Source: an uncultured delta proteobacterium (GTDB lineage: Bacteria; Myxococcota; Kuafuiibacteriia; Kuafuiibacteriales; Kuafuiibacteriaceae). From it: a stretch of DNA of 64,000 nt. The notes beneath the pieces are model-generated. The model ran no database searches, was not told the origin of the DNA, and was given only the letters and a program-made list of their open reading frames with translations. This document shows, piece by piece, positions 48,722-60,312 of the stretch. How positions within the stretch are numbered: position 1 is the stretch's first letter; the number at the start of each line of letters is the position of its first letter. The DNA lies in contig CAWDML010000009.1 in assembly GCA_963803435.1 (NCBI GenBank), forward strand, positions 1,440,001 to 1,504,000, given 5' to 3'. The position numbers were made by a program, and so were the translations under genes.

Positions 48722-51574
48722 TCAATCCGCCGTCGACTCGCCCTCGAAGGGCTTCTTCTTCGAGGCGGCCTTCTTCTTCGCCTTCGCCTTCTTCTTGGCG
48801 GGCACCTTCTTCTTGGCGGGCACCTTCTTCGAAGCGGCCGCCTTCTTCTTGGCGGGGGCGGCCTTTTTCGCCGCTGCCTTCTTCTTCGCGGGCGCCGCCT
48901 TCGCCGGTGTGGCCTTCGCGCCGTCGTTCCCCTTCTTCGCGGCGGCCGCCTTCTTTTTGCGCTCGGCTGCGCCTTCACGGGGCGGGAACTCGAAGCGATG
49001 GCGACCCTTCTCGTTGAGGTGCAGCGTCGCGGAGAAGGGGCGCCCGCGCTGCGAGATGAACTCGGCGAGCAACGGCGTCTGTCCGTCCTTGAGGTACTGC
49101 TCCGCCTCCTCTCGGGTGATCTCGCGCTTGCAGACCGTCCGCGGCATCAGGAAGGGGCAGTATTCGAGCCCTTCGGGGACCTCGCGCTTCTTCACCGGAA
49201 ACGTGGTGGTGTCGTCCCGCTCGAGCGCACGCAGGACCGCCAGGCCGCGCGAGCACACGAAGGTGGCGCGCGTCTCCACGACCTCGCCCTCCTTGCAGAA
49301 CGGACAGGTGCCGAGGGGACGCTCGTCGACCTCGTACTCGGGCAGCCCGGGGAGGCCCTCGCCGTCCTCGTCGCCGCCCGCGACCCGCTTGAGCTGGAGC
49401 TCGCCGTCGATCAGCTCCAGCTGCCCGCGGTACGTCCGCCCCTGCCGCGTCTGGAAGCCGTCGAGGACGCGCGTCTTCTTCTCGGCGAGGAGCTCCTTCA
49501 CGGTCTCGCAATCGATGTAGCGCCCCGACTTGTCCTTCCAGATGCGGAACGGGCAGTCCTCGATCTCGGGGGTGTTGTCGCCTTCCTTCTTGGCCTTCTT
49601 GTCGCGCTTGCGCGGCAGGCCCTCGGGCTCCTGACAGCGATAGAACCAGGAGCGCTCGTAGACCTTCCCACCGCAGATCGGGCAGTCACCCAGGGGCTCG
49701 ACGTTCGGGAACAGCTCGTCGAACTCGAAGCCCTTGGTGAGCTCGACGATCTCCTTGGTATACGCGTAGACCTCGTCCATGAAGGCCGTGGTGGGCATGC
49801 GCCCGTGCTCTACGTCCGAGAGGTGCGACTCGAGCTCGCCGGTCAGCGAGGGCGACGCCAGCCGCTCCGCGCTCATGCGCTCCAGGATGTCGATCAGGCG
49901 GATGCCTTTGACGCTGGGGCGCAGCGCGCGCCCGGCCCGCATCACGTAGCCCTTCGAGATCAGGTTCTCGATCGTGTCGGCGCGGGTGGCAGGCGTTCCG
50001 ATTCCGCGCTCCTTGAGCGCCTCGGCGGCCTCTTCGTCCTCGACGTAGCGGCCGGCGTTCTCCATCAGCGAGAGGAGGCGCGCCTCGGTGATCCGCGCCG
50101 GCGGTCGCGTCTCGTCGGGCTCGATGTCGGCGGTCGACAGAACGACCTCGACCCCGCTGGCATCGTCCTGGCCCGGGACGAGCGGCGAGAGCTTCTCTAC
50201 GCCGCCCTCGTTCTCACCCATCACCTCGCGCCAGCCGGCCTCCTGGAGAATCTTCGCGCGGGAGCGGAAGTGCTCGTCGTCGACCACGGTGGTGCGCTCC
50301 ACCCGGGACCAGAGAGCCGGCGGATGGAAGGCGGCCAGGAAGCGGCGCGTCACCAGATCGAAGAGGCGCGCGTCGTCGCCGGTGAGCGCCTCCTTGGGGA
50401 GGTCGCCGGTGGGGATGATCGCGAAGTGATCGGTGACCTTGGCGTCGTCGAAGATCTTGTCGGCGTTGAGGAGGCCGTCGCGCGCCAGCTTCTTCGAGGC
50501 CACGGTGAAGCGCGCGTCCGCGCCGAGGGAGACCACGACCTGCTCCACCACCTCGCGGTAGTCGTTGGGGAGCGCCTTGGTGTCGGTTCGCGGGTAGGTG
50601 AGGATCTTGTGGCCCTCGTAGCAGCGCTGGGCCGCGTTCAGCGTGCGCCGGGCCGACCAGCCGAACTTGCGGTTGGCCTCTCGCTGGAGCGAGGTCAGAT
50701 CGAACAGCGGCGGCGCCGCCTCCCGCGAGGGCTTGCGCTGCTCGGAGGCCGACGCCGGCTTGCCGGAGATCTTCGCCAGGATCGTCTTGGCCTGCGCCTC
50801 CTCGAAGATCCGGTCGTCGCGCTCGTCCTCGGCGGCGTCCTTCGACTTGAAGGTCGCGTCATACCAGGTGGCCTGGTACGGCTCGCCCCGGTGATCGAAC
50901 GTCGCCTTGATCCGGAAGAATGGGACGGGCCGGTGACCCAGGATCTCCATCTCCCGATCCACGAGCATCCGGAGGGTGGGGGTCTGGACCCGGCCGGCGC
51001 TCCAGGCCTGGTTCTCGCTCCGGCTCTTGAGCCGACGCGTCAGCGCCCGGGTCGCGTTCATCCCGATGAGCCAGTCGGAGTAGTTGCGGCAGTGGGCCGC
51101 CTGCGAGAGGCCCTCGTACTTGATGCCCGGCTCCAGGCGGTGGAAGCCGTCCCGGATCGCGTTCTTGGTCATGGACTGGAGCCACAGGCGCTCGATCGGC
51201 TTCTCCGATCCCATGTACTCGGCGATCTCCCGGAAGATCAGCTCGCCCTCCCGCCCGGCGTCGCAGGCGTTGACCAGGCTCTCGACGTCCTTGCGCTCGA
51301 TCAGCTTCTTGATCACCCGGAGCCGATCCCGGGTGCCCTCCTTGGGCTTCAACGGAAACTCCAGGGGAAGGATGGGGAGCGTATCCAGCGTCCAGCGCTT
51401 GTACTTCTCGTCGAGCTCCTCGGGGCTGCGCAGCTCGAGGAGGTGGCCGACGGCGAACGTCACCACGAAGTCGTCGTTCTCCCAGAAGCCGTCCTCGTCC
51501 TGAAAGCCTCCGAGAGTCTCGACGATGTCCCGGGCGACGCTCGGCTTTTCGGTGATGACCAGTCGCTTCCCCAT
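48722..51574 (-). CDS. topB: Type IA DNA topoisomerase III with Zn-ribbon/C-terminal repeats and Lys/Ala tail
   Basis: EKPSVA, GHL, ACDAGREGELIF, GMNATR, GRVQTPTL, TYPRTD, GIGTPATRA. Confidence 0.93.
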   Translation of the reverse strand: MGKRLVITEKPSVARDIVETLGGFQDEDGFWENDDFVVTFAVGHLLELRSPEELDEKYKRWTLDTLPILPLEFPLKPKEGTRDRLRVIKKLIERKDVESLVNACDAGREGELIFREIAEYMGSEKPIERLWLQSMTKNAIRDGFHRLEPGIKYEGLSQAAHCRNYSDWLIGMNATRALTRRLKSRSENQAWSAGRVQTPTLRMLVDREMEILGHRPVPFFRIKATFDHRGEPYQATWYDATFKSKDAAEDERDDRIFEEAQAKTILAKISGKPASASEQRKPSREAAPPLFDLTSLQREANRKFGWSARRTLNAAQRCYEGHKILTYPRTDTKALPNDYREVVEQVVVSLGADARFTVASKKLARDGLLNADKIFDDAKVTDHFAIIPTGDLPKEALTGDDARLFDLVTRRFLAAFHPPALWSRVERTTVVDDEHFRSRAKILQEAGWREVMGENEGGVEKLSPLVPGQDDASGVEVVLSTADIEPDETRPPARITEARLLSLMENAGRYVEDEEAAEALKERGIGTPATRADTIENLISKGYVMRAGRALRPSVKGIRLIDILERMSAERLASPSLTGELESHLSDVEHGRMPTTAFMDEVYAYTKEIVELTKGFEFDELFPNVEPLGDCPICGGKVYERSWFYRCQEPEGLPRKRDKKAKKEGDNTPEIEDCPFRIWKDKSGRYIDCETVKELLAEKKTRVLDGFQTRQGRTYRGQLELIDGELQLKRVAGGDEDGEGLPGLPEYEVDERPLGTCPFCKEGEVVETRATFVCSRGLAVLRALERDDTTTFPVKKREVPEGLEYCPFLMPRTVCKREITREEAEQYLKDGQTPLLAEFISQRGRPFSATLHLNEKGRHRFEFPPREGAAERKKKAAAAKKGNDGAKATPAKAAPAKKKAAAKKAAPAKKKAAASKKVPAKKKVPAKKKAKAKKKAASKKKPFEGESTAD
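48768..48960 (-). repeat. Tandem (P)AKKKA-like coding repeats in topoisomerase tail
   Basis: Repeated ccttcttcttggcggg units; KKVPAKKKVPAKKK. Confidence 0.8.
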
Positions 51575-51626
51575 CGGCGGCACGAGAAAAGACACAAGCA
51601 ACCGAAGCTGGCAAGAGATAGAACAG

Positions 51627-51649
51627 CGCGATCTATTGAATAGATCGCG
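51627..51649 (-). terminator. Near-perfect palindrome just downstream of rpsA: terminator hairpin or operator of topB
   Basis: CGCGATCTATT-G-AATAGATCGCG, 7 nt after rpsA stop; only a weak U-tract follows. Confidence 0.5.
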
Positions 51650-51656
51650 GCGGATG

Positions 51657-53255
<1,599 letters not shown>

Positions 53256-53524
53256 GAAAACCGCGCACGCCCTTGGCCCCCGCGTCTCTTCGACGTCCTT
53301 CTCGAGGGGAAAGGGGATCGACGGCGCAAAAGGGTTGCAGGGCTCGTCGGTTGCGCCGGAAGCTAGGTCTCTCAACGCGCTGATGTCAAACGTGATCTGA
53401 AGTCGGTGCAGAAAAGGGGCCTCTCCGACGAATCTGCACGCCACTTTTACGTGCGCCATGTCCCGCGATGTGCGACCGTCCGGCGCGAAGCGAGCCGGAG
53501 TTGCGGGTGAAGCGTCCTGTCGGT

Positions 53525-53553
53525 TTGACACGGGTTTTGGACGCGGCTAGATT
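53525..53553 (+). promoter_or_regulatory. Sigma70-type promoter of the aglRQS-cmk unit
   Basis: TTGACA-17 nt-TAGATT, 65 nt upstream of ATG 53619. Confidence 0.7.
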
Positions 53554-53618
53554 CCTCCCGCCTTTTCCCGGAAGGTCGCGAAACGACTCGGGAACCTCGC
53601 AGGAAGCAGAACCAAGCA

Positions 53619-54266
53619 ATGGCAGAACTCGGCGACATCATTGAGAAGGGCGGCCCCTTCATGATCGTGAACATCTTCTTCTTGATCGTGGCGATTGCCG
53701 TCATCATCGACCGATCGATAGCGGTGTTCTTCCAGCTCAACCTGAATGGGACCCGGTTCATGGCCCAGGTAGAAAAGCTGGTCGTCAGCGACAACATCGA
53801 CAAGGCGGTCAAGCTCTGTAACGCCGCCCCCAAGGCGGCGCTGGCGCGGGTTCTTCGTGCCGGCCTGACCCGGGCGAATCGCGGCGTGCTGGAGATCGGC
53901 AACGCGATCGAGGAGGAGACCCTGTCGGTGACCCCGCAGGTGATGAAGCGGGTCCCGGCCCTGTGGTCGCTCGCCAACATCTCCGTCCTCATCGGCCTCC
54001 TCGGGACCGTGACGGGTCTCATCAAGGCCTTCAAGGCGATCGGCTTCGCCAACCCGGAGGACAAGCAGCGCCTGCTGACGAACGGCATCTCGGAGGCGAT
54101 GAACAACACCGCCTTCGGCCTCGCCATCGCCGTGCTCTGTATCGTCGGCCACCTCGTGATCGGCTCCCAGGCGAAGCGCATCATCGAGGAGATCGAGCTG
54201 CACAGTCTGAAGCTCGAGAACATGCTCGCGCGCCGCGCCGTCGCCGAGCTGCCCGAAGGCCGCTGA
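53619..54266 (+). CDS. aglR: TolQ/ExbB-family proton channel, AglR-like
   Basis: ANISVLIGLLGTVTGLI..GISEAMNNTAFGL; followed by two ExbD genes. Confidence 0.75.
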   Translation: MAELGDIIEKGGPFMIVNIFFLIVAIAVIIDRSIAVFFQLNLNGTRFMAQVEKLVVSDNIDKAVKLCNAAPKAALARVLRAGLTRANRGVLEIGNAIEEETLSVTPQVMKRVPALWSLANISVLIGLLGTVTGLIKAFKAIGFANPEDKQRLLTNGISEAMNNTAFGLAIAVLCIVGHLVIGSQAKRIIEEIELHSLKLENMLARRAVAELPEGR

Positions 54267-54276
54267 GCCGAACACC

Positions 54277-54921
54277 GTGACCGACACCGCGAACAGAGGA
54301 TACGTGCAGCCGGGGGCCACCGGGACCCACGACTACACGCACTCCGACTTCACGTACGTCCGGAGGAAGCGGCGCGGCGGTCACGCCCACGGATCGCACG
54401 ATTCGTCCGATCACGCCGGCGAGCTGAACATCGTCCCGTACCTCGACATCCTCATCAACCTGATCATGTTTCTCCTGGTCGCGCAGGCGACGCTCGTCTC
54501 CATCGGCCTCATCGACGTGACCGCGCCGAGCTACACCCCGGTCGGCGCCGGCACGCCCGAGCCGCCGGCGGAGGGGCTCCTCCGCTTGACGATCGGTGTG
54601 GCGGCGAAGGGCTTCTACATCGCGGCGAAGGGCGGCGTGCTCCCCGGCGACAATCCGGAGGAGGCGCCCACCGAGATTACGCCCGACGGCGTGTCGCTCA
54701 ATCCGCCGACGGTGCCGAAGCGGCCCGACGGCTCCTACGACTTTCCGGCGCTGGCGCGGAAGCTCCGCGCGATCAAGACGGCGTTCCCCAAGGTGGACGC
54801 GGTCTACATCGCGGCGGACGACAACATCCCCTACGAGGCCATCGTGAAGACGCTCGACGCGTCCCGCGAGGATGCGCAGGGGCAGCTGTTCCCGAACGTC
54901 GCGTTCACGCAGATCAACTGA
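54277..54921 (+). CDS. aglQ: TolR/ExbD-family protein, AglQ-like
   Basis: ELNIVPYLDILINLIMFLL TM with essential Asp; AADDNIPYEAIVKTLD. Confidence 0.72.
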   Translation: MTDTANRGYVQPGATGTHDYTHSDFTYVRRKRRGGHAHGSHDSSDHAGELNIVPYLDILINLIMFLLVAQATLVSIGLIDVTAPSYTPVGAGTPEPPAEGLLRLTIGVAAKGFYIAAKGGVLPGDNPEEAPTEITPDGVSLNPPTVPKRPDGSYDFPALARKLRAIKTAFPKVDAVYIAADDNIPYEAIVKTLDASREDAQGQLFPNVAFTQIN

Positions 54922-54930
54922 GGACGCACC

Positions 54931-55503
54931 ATGACGACGCAGGATGTCGGTCCAACTTCCCAGGCCATGTACGACGCCACCCGCATGCGTCGAAGGACGA
55001 AGCGGGGGAAGCGGTCAGGCACGGACGAGATCGGCTACCTCAACATCACGCCGATGATGGACATGATGACCATCCTCCTGGTCTTCCTGCTCAAGAGCTT
55101 CGCCTCGTCGGCCCAGGACATCAGCGTCGCCAACCTCACGCTCCCGCACTCCACCACCAAGCTGCAGGTGGAAGAGGCGCTGCAGCTGATGGTGACCACG
55201 CGCGAGATCCTGCTCGACCAGAAGGTGGTGGCGGAGCTCGACGAGAACGGGAACATCAAGGAGGACGATCTCCCCGAAGGCCCGAACGGCTACCTGATCG
55301 CGCCGCTCTACGACACGCTCGAGAACCGGGCGGACTACTTCAAGCGCATCGAGGAGTTCGGCGGCACGCAGTTCATCGGCCGCATCGCGATCGTCGCCGA
55401 TCGCAGCACCAGCTACCGCACGCTCTTCAAGATCCTCTACACGGCCGGCCGCGCCGAGTTCGGGCTCTTCAAACTCTTCGTCCAGAAGCCGCAAGCATCC
55501 TAG
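54931..55503 (+). CDS. aglS: TolR/ExbD-family protein, AglS-like
   Basis: LNITPMMDMMTILLVFLLKSF; ADRSTSYRTLFKILYTAG. Confidence 0.72.
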   Translation: MTTQDVGPTSQAMYDATRMRRRTKRGKRSGTDEIGYLNITPMMDMMTILLVFLLKSFASSAQDISVANLTLPHSTTKLQVEEALQLMVTTREILLDQKVVAELDENGNIKEDDLPEGPNGYLIAPLYDTLENRADYFKRIEEFGGTQFIGRIAIVADRSTSYRTLFKILYTAGRAEFGLFKLFVQKPQAS

Positions 55504-55510
55504 GGCGGCG

Positions 55511-56170
55511 ATGGCCTACGTGGTCGCGATCGACGGGCCTGCGGGCGCGGGAAAGAGCACGATCGCTGCCGGCGTCGCCGCGCGCCTCGGGATCAGCCGG
55601 GTCGATACCGGCGCCATCTACCGCACCGTCACGCTGATCGCGCTGGAGCACGCCGTCACCGGTGACGCCGACACCACCGCGCTCCTCCTCGAGCTCGACC
55701 TCCGCTTCGAGGACACCCGCGTCTTCGTCGGCGATCGGGAGGTCACCCGCGAGATCCGGACGCCCGAGGTCACGCGGGCGGTGAGCCGCGTGGCCGCCTA
55801 TCCGGGCGTGCGCGCCGGGCTCCTGGACCTGCAACGGCGCCTGGGCCGCGCCCACCCGAAGGGCGCCGTCCTCGAGGGCCGCGACATTGGGACGGTGGTG
55901 TTCCCGGACGCGGAGGCGAAGATCTACCTGACCGCCACCGCCGAGGAGCGCGCCCGCCGCCGCACGCTCGAGCTCGACGAGAAGGGGACACCGGTCCCCT
56001 ACCAGCAGGTGCTCGACGAGATCCGCGTCCGCGATCGTCTCGACAGCGAGCGCGCGGTGGCGCCGCTCCGCGCGGCCGAAGATGCGATCACGGTGGATAG
56101 CACCGGGAAGTCGATCGATCGGGTGTGCGACGAGATCGCAGAGATCGTGCGGGGGCGGATCGGGGAGTAG
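55511..56170 (+). CDS. cmk: Cytidylate kinase
   Basis: AIDGPAGAGKST, DTGAIYR, EGRDIGTVVFPDA. Confidence 0.97.
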   Translation: MAYVVAIDGPAGAGKSTIAAGVAARLGISRVDTGAIYRTVTLIALEHAVTGDADTTALLLELDLRFEDTRVFVGDREVTREIRTPEVTRAVSRVAAYPGVRAGLLDLQRRLGRAHPKGAVLEGRDIGTVVFPDAEAKIYLTATAEERARRRTLELDEKGTPVPYQQVLDEIRVRDRLDSERAVAPLRAAEDAITVDSTGKSIDRVCDEIAEIVRGRIGE

Positions 56171-56174
56171 GCCC

Positions 56175-58522
56175 TCAACCGCCCACCAGGTTCACGTTCC
56201 GGCTGATCCGCGCGTTCGGCGCCACGTCGATGGAAACGGTCTTCCTCAAGTTCAACGAGCGGTTCTCCAGGAGGACGTCGTGGTGGCCCGGGATCACCTT
56301 CAAGAACTCCACCGGTGAGGGGACGCGCCGGCCGTTGATCGAGATGACGGTGCCCTCGGCGGGGATGGGGCGGATGGTGAGGTAGCCGAACACGGTCGGC
56401 CGCATCGCAAACGAGACGTCGGCGGTCCGGCCCGAGTCGACGATGACCGCGCGGTGCTCGGAGCCGTAGTTCTCACACTCGACCTTGATCTCGTAGCTGC
56501 CCGCCCGCTTCGTAATCACCACGGGGGAGGTGCCGGCGGGCTCGCCATCCAGGTAGACCGCGCAGCCGGACGGCGAGGTCTTGATCGAGATCCGGCCCGG
56601 CGGGATCGACATCTGATCGATCGCGAGCTGGAGGAGCACCTCGCGGACCTCTCCGTCGGGAACCACCACAATCGTGCTGGCCGACTTGTAGCCCTTCTTG
56701 GTGGCGCGGACGGTGACCGGCTTGCCGGCGGCCAGGCCCTCGATGGACTGGGGCGAGCGTCCCAGCTTCTTGCCGTCGACCGAGACGTGGGCGCCGTCGG
56801 GTTCGGTGCGGACCAGGAGGCCGCCGGCCTGCTTCTCCAGGTTCACCGAGAGCTCGCGGACGCCCTGATCGGGGAACAGCGTGATGGTCTCCTTGCGGAC
56901 CCGGTAGCCCGGCAGCGCCAGCTCGATCTCGAGCGGACGTCCGGTGGGCAAATCGCCGAGGTCGGCGGGCGTCACCGATCCCATGCCAATCCCCTCGACG
57001 GTGATGTGGGCGCCCGGCGGAATCGGAGCTCAGGTGGAGGACGGTCGGGCGGAGCCCGGCGTCGAAGTCCTCGTCGGAGAGGCCGGCGGACTGCTTGATG
57101 TGGCGCGCGCTCTCGGCGGTGTCCGCCATCCAGTCCCCGATCCGATCGAAGCCGATGACCAGCCAGGTGAAGAGCATCAGACACAGCCCCAGTGAGCCGG
57201 CGCCGATGCCAATCCAGCGGGCGCGGTGCTGCCGCCAGGAGAGCCGGAGGTCGGACGCCAGCGCGTCCAGAAAGCGGGCCGCCCGCACCCGGAAGGGGAC
57301 CTTGGGCTCGGGGATGGAGACCCGGCTGTTCGGGATCGGGATCTGGACGATCGGCGTCCCGTCGCTGGTGACCTCGACCTGCCGCGACATCCCCGAGTGC
57401 TGCAGCTCGTAGTCGGGGCGCATCATGCGGGTCTCGTCGACGCCGTCGAGGTGCTCCCGCGGCTTGATGCCGAAGACCGAGGCCGACTCCTCGATGCTCT
57501 TGCCCTTGACGCGGACGCCGCGGACCGGCGCGCCGTGGGCCTCCACCTCCGCCGGCGTCGGCTCCTGTATCGCCTTGGCGCGCTCGATCTCCTTCTGGCT
57601 CTCGGGCTCGCCGAAGAGGTCGTAGATCGAGATCCTTGAGCCGCTGCTGGCCGGGCGCCGGCTGCTCGTTCCGCGCGTAGCGAAGCAGGGCCTCGCGCAT
57701 CTCCTCCGCGGATTGCCAGCGGCGGTGGACGTCCTTCTCGAGGCCCTTCATCACGATGGCCTCGAGCTGCTTCGGGTAGTTCTTGACCTTGAGGGTGGGC
57801 GGTGGGACCGGGTCGTTGACGATCGCGCCCAGGATGCCGCCGGGCCCCTCCTTGTTGAAGAGCCGGGTGTTGGTGGTGACCTCGTAGAGGATGATGCCGA
57901 CGGAGAAGAGATCGGAGCGGGCGTCGAGCTCCTCGCCGCGGGCCTGCTCGGGCGACATGTAGCTCAGCTTGCCCTTGGTGAAGCCCGCCTCCGTCTGGGT
58001 CAGGCGCGCCCTCGCCTTGGCGACACCGAAGTCGATCAGCTTCACGTCACCGTCGTAGGAGACGATGACGTTCTGCGGCGTGACGTCGCGATGGACGATG
58101 CCGAGGTGGCGTCCTTTGGCGTCCCGCGCGGAGTGGGCGCAGCCGAGGCCGGCCAGGAGCTCGGCCACGATGTAGCTGAGCAGTCCGCGCGGCAGCGGGA
58201 TCTTCATCGACTTCGCGCGATCGGAGACGGCGAGCAGGCTGTGCCCCTGCACGAACTCCATCGCGATGTAGTAGTAGCCTGCGTGCTTGCCCTGGTCGTA
58301 GACGCCGGCGATGTTCGTGTGCTCGAGGTGCGAGACAATCCGCGCCTCGTCGATGAACATCCGGATGAAGCTCTCCTCGTGCGCGAGGTGGGGGAGGATC
58401 CGCTTGAGCGCGCAGATCGAGCCGCGCTTGTCCTGCGCCAGGAAGATCTCGGCCATGCCGCCCTGGGCCAGCTTCTTCAGGAGCCGGTAGTCGCCGAACT
58501 CGACGGGGAAGCTTTCAGCCAC
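56175..58522 (-). CDS. Membrane Ser/Thr protein kinase with C-terminal PEGA domains; two frameshifts (near 57629 and 57022)
   Basis: GGMAEIF, ALKRI, HRDVTPQN, DFGVAK, YMSPEQ; TM WIGIGAGSLGLCLMLF; PEGA repeats TEPDGAHVSVDG..GRSP. Confidence 0.88.
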
Positions 58523-59824
58523 CGGGGCGGATCCTCGCGCCGGCCCCCCGAAGCACCTCCGAGAAGCCCGGGAAGGAGACGTCAATCGCTTCGGCTTCCT
58601 CCACCACCGTCGTGCCTTCGGTACCCAGGCCCATCACCGCGACCGTCATGGCGATGCGATGGTCGTTCGCGCTGTGAACGCGCGCGGGCTTCGGGCGACC
58701 GCCCTCGATGATCAGACCATCGGGCGTCTCTGTCGAGCGCACCCCGAAGGCGGTGAGCATCCCGTGCGTCGCGCGGATCCGATCGGACTCCTTGACCCGG
58801 AGCTCGGCCGCGTCGCGGATCTCGGTGCGGCCTTCGGCGAATGCGGCCACGCCCGCCAGCAGCGGAAGCTCGTCGATGGCCCTCAGCGCCACCGCACCCT
58901 CGATGACTGCGCCCCGGAGCGGGCCGGGCTGCACGCGGACGCGGGCCACCGGCTCACCTCCTACATCCGCGCACATCTCGGTCTCGAGGCGGGCCCCCAT
59001 GGCCGAGAGCGCCTCCAAGAAGCCGATCCGCGTGGGGTTCACGGACGTCTCCACCACCAGCTCGGGGCTCTCGGTGAGGATGGCCGCTGCGATCAGGAAC
59101 GCCGCCGACGATGGATCGGGCGCCACCTCGATCCGGTCGACCCGCCACGGCGACGCGCGCCGGACGATCGTCAGCGCGCCGTCCTCCGCCTCCGCGATCG
59201 CAGCCCCGAGACGCGCGAGCATACGCTCCGTGTGGTCCCGGCTTCGCGCGGGCTCGTGCACCGTGGTCTCACCGTTCGCGAACAGGCCGGCCAGCAGGAT
59301 CGCCGACTTCACCTGAGCGCTGGCGACCGCGAGGTCGAACCGCGTGCCCGTGAGGCGACCGCCCTCGATCCGGATCGGGGAAAGATCTTGCCGCCCTGCT
59401 CCCGACCGGAGAGACGCGCGCCCATCGTCACCAGCGGCGACAGGCGCGTCATTGGCCGCCTCACCAGCGAGCCGTCCCCGGTCAGCTCGTACGACCTCGG
59501 CGCTGCAGCCAGGACGCCCGCCATCATCCGCATCGTGGTGCCGCTGTTCCCGCAGTCGAGCGGCGCGTCCGCCGCCGCGAAGGCGGTCGGATCGCCGAGC
59601 CCGTGGACCTGCGCCGTCGTTCCCTCGACCTCGATCTTCACGCCGAGCTGGCGGAGCACCTTCACCGTGGAGCGGTTGTCGCCGCCCGGCGAGAGCGGGT
59701 GGATCTCGCACGCGCCCTCCCCCAGCGCCGCCAGGATCAGGGCACGGTGCGAGATCGACTTGTCAGGAGGCGCCGTGACGCGCCCTGCGAGCCGATCGAT
59801 CCCCTCGATCGTCAGGGCGGCCAT
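58515..59824 (-). CDS. aroA: 3-phosphoshikimate 1-carboxyvinyltransferase (frameshift near 59378)
   Basis: DKSISHRA, DCGNSGTT, SAQVKS, RDHTERML, ELRVKESDRI, DHRIAM. Confidence 0.95.
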
Positions 59825-60312
59825 CAGCGCAGCGCGTGGCGGAAGGTCCCGCCGTACTCCTTCTTCTCGGGGATCTGGAAGTGGAACACCCGCGACGCGC
59901 CGGGTGCCAGCCCCTCGCTGCCGGCGATGTTGTCGAGGTAGCTGCCGATCACCTCGCCCTGCGCGTTCTCCGGGTACACCGCCAGGTTGATCTGATCGAT
60001 CTTGCGATCGCCGTTGTTCACCACGGTGCCGCTGACCCGGAACAGCCCGGGGACCGGCTCGGTCGAGTCGGGCTTCGTATCCGGCCCCAGCTGGAGGTCG
60101 TTCACCGCCACGAACTTCTCCACGTACGCGAGACGCTCCTCCTCGCTCATGGCCTCGGCCACCGCCGCTCGGTGCACCTGCTCCTTGACCGCCGCGCGCT
60201 TCGAGTGCGCGCCGGCCGCTCGATAGGCCACGTACAGGAGGCCCACGCCTGCGCCGATCAGGATCATCACCATCACCAGCACCTTGCTGAGGCCGCGTCG
60301 TGTCCTTCTCAT
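59824..60312 (-). CDS. Membrane-anchored protein with FxLYD/DUF3426-like beta-sandwich
   Basis: N-terminal TM; VSGTVVNNG..G.VIG..LAPGASRVF pattern. Confidence 0.7.
   Translation of the reverse strand: MRRTRRGLSKVLVMVMILIGAGVGLLYVAYRAAGAHSKRAAVKEQVHRAAVAEAMSEEERLAYVEKFVAVNDLQLGPDTKPDSTEPVPGLFRVSGTVVNNGDRKIDQINLAVYPENAQGEVIGSYLDNIAGSEGLAPGASRVFHFQIPEKKEYGGTFRHALR

Noticed and set aside
53256-53520. Riboswitch or ncRNA in the long rpsA-aglR intergenic region
   Set aside because: Length is explained by two divergent promoters and an rpsA leader; no known RNA motif recognised. An Rfam search would settle it
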